From positions 515 to 64,514 of the forward strand of contig JARXAK010000217.1 of the NCBI GenBank assembly GCA_029865885.1: a DNA stretch of 64,000 nucleotides, in the 5' to 3' direction. Of the stretch, positions 59,691-64,000 are shown one piece after another. Both the position numbers and the translations under genes were made by a program. The notes beneath the pieces are model-generated. The model worked only from the letters and a program-made list of their open reading frames with translations, was not told where the DNA came from and did not search any database. Each line of letters begins with the position of its first letter. Position 1 is the stretch's first letter. Origin of the DNA: Rhizobium sp. (GTDB lineage Bacteria > Pseudomonadota > Alphaproteobacteria > Rhizobiales > Rhizobiaceae).

Positions 59691-61004
59691 TTGCCCCATT
59701 CCAGCCTTCTCAATCGGCAGGCCCTCTATCTGAAACCTGATCCTACACGGGTCATTGTTCGTCCGTTCAAACCATCGACCGAACCGCGACATCTTAAACC
59801 GCGCGACAAGACGAGGGCGAACGAAATCGTCGATCGCGTCCTGTCCCTCGACCCGGCGGCGACCGCCAACCAGTTGCGCGACATTCTTGCCAATTTCGAT
59901 GGCCGACACCGCAATCTGCTACGGCAGTTCGAGTTTCGGGCGGATGCGATGGAGGATGCGTTCCAGCACCATCAGCCCTTTAGCCAGCAGCAGCGCCAGT
60001 TGGTCGGGGCCTACTTCATGAACGAGTATTCGTTCGAGTCCGCAGCCCTGTTCAATCCGAGCATCGTGCCGCATCCGGACCAGTCCGGTGTCGCGGACGG
60101 CAGCCGACGGATAATCCTCAGTTTGAGGGCGGTGGGTGAGGGACACATCTCGTCGCTGACCTTCCGCTCCGGCGTGCTCGACTCCAGGGGCGCGTTGACC
60201 ATTGATGCCCCCACACGACTGGCTGGCCTCCCGGATATCCATGCGAGTGACGGTCTGGCGCCTGCAGGCTGCATCGGACTGAGTTTCAAGGCCGAAAGCG
60301 ATCTGAGCGAGCGGGTGATTTTTCCCGTCACCGAGGCCCAATCCAATGGCATTGAAGATGCCCGGTTCGTCGCCTTCGAGGACGCAGGCAAGACGACCTA
60401 CTTCGCGACCTATACTGCCTATAGCGGGGGGTCGATCCGCTCGGAGCTTCTTGAAACCAGCGATTTCCTGAACTTTACCCTGACCCCTCTCAGAGGACCT
60501 GCCGCCCGCAATAAGGGCATGGCGCTATTCCCCCGGCGCATCGACGGGCGCTATGCGATGATCGCTCGCCAGGACAGCGAAAACCTCTTCCTGCTCTATT
60601 CGGACGACCTGCTTCACTGGGAGGAGGGCCAGCTCTTGATAAAGCCGGAATTTGCATGGCAATTCGTCCAGATTGGCAACTGCGGCTCGCCCGTCGAGAT
60701 TGATGAAGGCTGGCTTCTGTTTACCCATGGGGTCGGGCCGATGCGGCGCTATGCCATCGGCGTGACCCTGCTCGACAAACACGACCCCAGTATCATCCTG
60801 TCACGCACGGTCGAACCGCTGTTGCAGCCCGAGCCGACAGAGCGGGAGGGCTATGTACCGAATGTCGTCTATTCCTGCGGCGCGATGCGGCACGGCGATC
60901 TGATCGCTCTGCCTTATGCTGTCTCGGACACATACTCCAACTTTACCACGATCAAGATCAGCAGGCTTCTGGAGACGATGCGTCCGACGGGCGTCATATC
61001 GTGA
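59691..61004 (+). CDS. GH130-family glycosidase/phosphorylase
   Basis: ALFNPS, GIEDARFV, TYTAY, NKGMALFP, QIGNCGSP, HGVG, GYVPNVVYSCG. Confidence 0.87.
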   Translation: MPHSSLLNRQALYLKPDPTRVIVRPFKPSTEPRHLKPRDKTRANEIVDRVLSLDPAATANQLRDILANFDGRHRNLLRQFEFRADAMEDAFQHHQPFSQQQRQLVGAYFMNEYSFESAALFNPSIVPHPDQSGVADGSRRIILSLRAVGEGHISSLTFRSGVLDSRGALTIDAPTRLAGLPDIHASDGLAPAGCIGLSFKAESDLSERVIFPVTEAQSNGIEDARFVAFEDAGKTTYFATYTAYSGGSIRSELLETSDFLNFTLTPLRGPAARNKGMALFPRRIDGRYAMIARQDSENLFLLYSDDLLHWEEGQLLIKPEFAWQFVQIGNCGSPVEIDEGWLLFTHGVGPMRRYAIGVTLLDKHDPSIILSRTVEPLLQPEPTEREGYVPNVVYSCGAMRHGDLIALPYAVSDTYSNFTTIKISRLLETMRPTGVIS

Positions 61005-61044
61005 GGGTGGTGGAAAAACCGTTGGCGTCGATGGGGCGGCGGCC

Positions 61045-62235
61045 ATGAGCCTTCAGCGGTTGAAGTCCCTCTTCCTCGAGCAAATTCTGCCAACCTGGAG
61101 CCAATCGGGTTTCGACGCGACCTGCGGGCAGTTCGTCGAGTATCTGGAACTCGACGGATCGCCCCAAAGGTCGGGCGAGGTGCGGACCCGCACCGTGGCA
61201 CGGCAGATCTATGTGCACGCCCATGCGGCTCATCTCGGCGTCGCCCCATCCGGGTCGCTTGCCCTGGCAGAGACAGCTTTCGCAAACCTGCACCGTGTCG
61301 CCTGGGTGGGCGGCAGGCGCGGTGGCTATGCAAGAGCCTTCAATCGCCACAGCGAAATCCTGACCGATCCCGTTCGCGATCTCTACGACAATGCCTGTGT
61401 CCTGCTTTCGCTCTCCTGGCTGCTCACGGCCACCGGCAAGGATATCTACAGACACCAAATCGAGTTGACCGTCAGCGCGATCGACAGGACGCTGCGGGAC
61501 CCCTTCGGCGGCTGGGCCGAAGACAGCGAAGGCACTCTGCCACGCCGGCAGAATCCCCACATGCACTATCTCGAAGCCACTCTGGCTCTGTGTGAAAACA
61601 ACCGGACTTCCGAGCATATGCGGGCGGAAGGCCGGGCCTTCGCACTTCTGCGCTCGCATTTTCTGGTCGGGCCCAAGGGGCCCTTGCACGAGTATTTCGG
61701 GCCGCAATGGGAAATCGCCGACCGCTATGGTTCCGATCGGCTGGAGCCTGGCCATATGTGCGAATGGGTCTGGCTGACGACCCGTCACGACATGCTGGCC
61801 GGCAGCGACCACACCAAGATCTGCCTCGACCTCTTGTCCACCGCGCTTGCGATCGGGCGCAGTCAAGGTTCGCCTTTCCTGGTCGATGCCGTTTCATCCG
61901 TGAGGCCAATCGCCCCGTCGCGGCGCCTCTGGCCCCAGGTTGAGATGCTGAAGGCATTCCTGGCGCTCTATGAGCGTCTTGGATCTCGAGACTATCTCGT
62001 CAAGGCGGAGGATTTGGCCGCTGCCATCCTCAAAGCCTATATGGTGGGCGTGCCTCAGGGCTGCTGGCATGACTGCCTTGATCCGAATGGCGTGTCGACT
62101 GCCCGAACCATTCCCGCAAGCTCGCTCTATCATCTCTGGACTGCGGTTGCGGACCTGGTCGAAGAAGGCAGGCCTTGTGTGCTGAACGAGCTCGGACAGG
62201 CCTCTCCCACGCGGTGGTTGTCGACCGATAGGTGA
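61045..62235 (+). CDS. AGE-family epimerase/isomerase
   Basis: ARQIYV, DLYD.A, QNPHMHYLEA, EPGHMCEW, RLWPQVE, SSLYH. Confidence 0.88.
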   Translation: MSLQRLKSLFLEQILPTWSQSGFDATCGQFVEYLELDGSPQRSGEVRTRTVARQIYVHAHAAHLGVAPSGSLALAETAFANLHRVAWVGGRRGGYARAFNRHSEILTDPVRDLYDNACVLLSLSWLLTATGKDIYRHQIELTVSAIDRTLRDPFGGWAEDSEGTLPRRQNPHMHYLEATLALCENNRTSEHMRAEGRAFALLRSHFLVGPKGPLHEYFGPQWEIADRYGSDRLEPGHMCEWVWLTTRHDMLAGSDHTKICLDLLSTALAIGRSQGSPFLVDAVSSVRPIAPSRRLWPQVEMLKAFLALYERLGSRDYLVKAEDLAAAILKAYMVGVPQGCWHDCLDPNGVSTARTIPASSLYHLWTAVADLVEEGRPCVLNELGQASPTRWLSTDR

Positions 62236-62334
62236 CAGCCGACGGCGTGTGTTGCAGGTGTGGTGTCGTGGGAGTTCTATCTTCCTGTTGTGCTGAGATC
62301 CTGACTTGGAACCGAGACTCGCATTTGCCGAGCC

Positions 62335-63063
62335 CTAGAGATTGCGCAGGTTGAGCCTCTCGATGAGCGGCAGGAGCTGATCCCTTGCATGTTGGCGGTG
62401 CAGCCGGGCGGCGTTGCTCGCCGTCTCCGCATCACCCGCTTCAATCGCCCGGACGATGGCACGATGCTCGGTGGAGGAAGCCGATGGTATGGGGCGAAGG
62501 TTGAGCGTGAACATTCTTGCCCGGTGAAGCTGATCAGCGACCGTGCCCGCCATGCGCGTCAGGCGCTTGTTTCCGCTGCGGCCGACCAGCGTCTCGTGGA
62601 AGACTTCGTCCGCCAAGGCCCATGCCTTGAGATCGTTAGCCTTCAGGGCCTTGTCCATATCGTCCGTCGACTGACGCAGTGCCTCGGCGACCACCCGCCT
62701 CTCCGATTCCAGAAATCCGGCGATGCGCGCAGCCGCGGCGCCCTCAAGCGCGATGATGACCTCGTAGATCTCTTCTATATCGGCGGGCGAGAGCGCGCGG
62801 ATGATAATGCCCTTCTTCGGAAGGATACGGACCAGCCCGTCCTCCTGGAGGCGGGCCATGGCCTCGTGAACCGGTGTGCGGCTCATGCCAAGCTGGCGGG
62901 CAATCTCGTTCTCCGCCGCCTGGTATCCAGGTGGAAAGACGTTGGACCGGATGGCGTCACGCAGGGCCTGATAGGCTGCCATGACCCGTCCAGCCTTTCC
63001 TTCGGCCTCCGGCTGATCCTGGTCGGTCGTTTGCGGCCGGAGGATATCGTTCGCCTTGATCAT
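62335..63063 (-). CDS. GntR/FadR-family regulator (FCD domain)
   Basis: IARQLGMSRTPVHEAMARL HTH; DEVFHE and EHRAIV. Confidence 0.92.
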   Translation of the reverse strand: MIKANDILRPQTTDQDQPEAEGKAGRVMAAYQALRDAIRSNVFPPGYQAAENEIARQLGMSRTPVHEAMARLQEDGLVRILPKKGIIIRALSPADIEEIYEVIIALEGAAAARIAGFLESERRVVAEALRQSTDDMDKALKANDLKAWALADEVFHETLVGRSGNKRLTRMAGTVADQLHRARMFTLNLRPIPSASSTEHRAIVRAIEAGDAETASNAARLHRQHARDQLLPLIERLNLRNL

Positions 63064-63136
63064 GCGCTGTGTGTCTCCCTTCGTGCCTGTCTACGCGAAT
63101 TGGCGTTGACAAACATCCGATTGCCTATAAATTTAT

Positions 63137-63150
63137 TCTTGCATGCAAGA
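63137..63150. promoter_or_regulatory. palindrome TCTTGCATGCAAGA, candidate GntR operator
   Basis: Perfect 14-bp palindrome downstream of TTGACA (63106) in the divergent gntR/tctC region. Confidence 0.6.
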
Positions 63151-63207
63151 TAGCATGGAAGAAATCCGATGTGGAGGCATCCGGATTTGGTTCTGGAGGA
63201 GAACATT

Positions 63208-64000
63208 ATGAAGCCGATCCATATGGCTCTGGTGACAGCACTGATGGCGACAGTCGCCCATGCTGCCCAGGCACAAAGCAGTTTCCCCGATAAGCCGATC
63301 ACCATCATGGTACCGGCCGCTGCAGGCGGCCCGAGCGACACGGTTGCGCGCCTCGTCGCGCAGGCGATGTCGAAAGAACTCGGCCAACAGGTCCTGATTG
63401 AAAACATGGGTGGTGCGGGCGGTTCGCTCGGCGCAGCCACAGTGGCAACCGCCGATCCGGACGGTTACCGCCTGCTGCTGTACCATATCGGTACCGCAAC
63501 TTTCTCGGCGCTCTATCCCGATCTCACCTACAAGCCGATCGAGGATTTCTCCAGCATCGGCCTGATTACCGAAGTGCCGATGACGATCGTCGGTCGCAAG
63601 GACCTGCCACCGGCGACCTTTGCAGACCTGCTTGCCTATCTCAAGGAGAACGGCGAAGCGGTGACCTTCGGTACGGCCGGCACGGGCGCGGTGTCCCATC
63701 TCTGCGGCATGCTGCTGCAGGATGCCACGCAATCCAAGATGACGCTCGTGCCCTACAAGGGCATGGGGCCGGCTATGACGGACCTGATCGGCGGGCGCAT
63801 CGATCTCGCCTGCGACCAGACGACCAATACCACCACACAGATCAAGGCGAATGAGGTCAAGCCCTATGCGGTGACGACCTCGGCCCGGATCGGCGTGTTT
63901 CCGGATCTGCCGACAGTCGATGAAAGTGGCATCAAGGGTTTCGAGCTCAGCGCCTGGCACGCGCTCTGGGCACCGAAGGGCACCCCGGAGGATGTCAGAA
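63208..64000 (+). CDS. TTT substrate-binding protein (Bug/TctC), partial
   Basis: GGAGGAG RBS; MKPIHMAL...FPDKPITIMVPAAAGGPSD..ENMGGAGG..VPYKG; open to the window end. Confidence 0.9.
   Translation, partial: MKPIHMALVTALMATVAHAAQAQSSFPDKPITIMVPAAAGGPSDTVARLVAQAMSKELGQQVLIENMGGAGGSLGAATVATADPDGYRLLLYHIGTATFSALYPDLTYKPIEDFSSIGLITEVPMTIVGRKDLPPATFADLLAYLKENGEAVTFGTAGTGAVSHLCGMLLQDATQSKMTLVPYKGMGPAMTDLIGGRIDLACDQTTNTTTQIKANEVKPYAVTTSARIGVFPDLPTVDESGIKGFELSAWHALWAPKGTPEDVR

Overview
GC-rich Rhizobiaceae-type (Rhizobium/Agrobacterium/Peteryoungia-like) secondary-replicon DNA. It is a mosaic of self-contained modules separated by decayed plasmid-backbone scars: a repC pseudogene, an IntA-type att-like palindrome, a truncated RHE_PE00001/DUF1612 gene, a sigma54-activator remnant and a Fic pseudogene. 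Modules in order: a LacI-regulated sugar ABC transporter; an orphan flagellin; an amine-catabolism island (two TetR paralogs, a fungal-type (R)-selective fold-IV amine transaminase, a FumI-like class-III aminotransferase, an Opp/Dpp-type ABC importer and an EamA transporter); a siderophore-uptake module (AraC, FyuA-like receptor, RhtX/FptX-like MFS, FAD monooxygenase); a NarL-type two-component system with a secreted Cys/elastin-like repeat protein, MscS, DUF900 hydrolase, EF-hand protein and RND pump; a BMP-type nucleoside/nucleobase ABC operon with amidase and deaminase; TctABC-PrpF-LysR; a general-stress-like region containing an orphan bciA-like gene and a GT4-GH130-AGE operon; and GntR with a partial TctC. 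No rRNA, tRNA, CRISPR array or intact IS was seen. The best candidate for an undescribed system is the dual-transaminase island at about 6.2-17.2 kb. All family assignments come from recognised motifs and remembered reference sequences; no database search was run.
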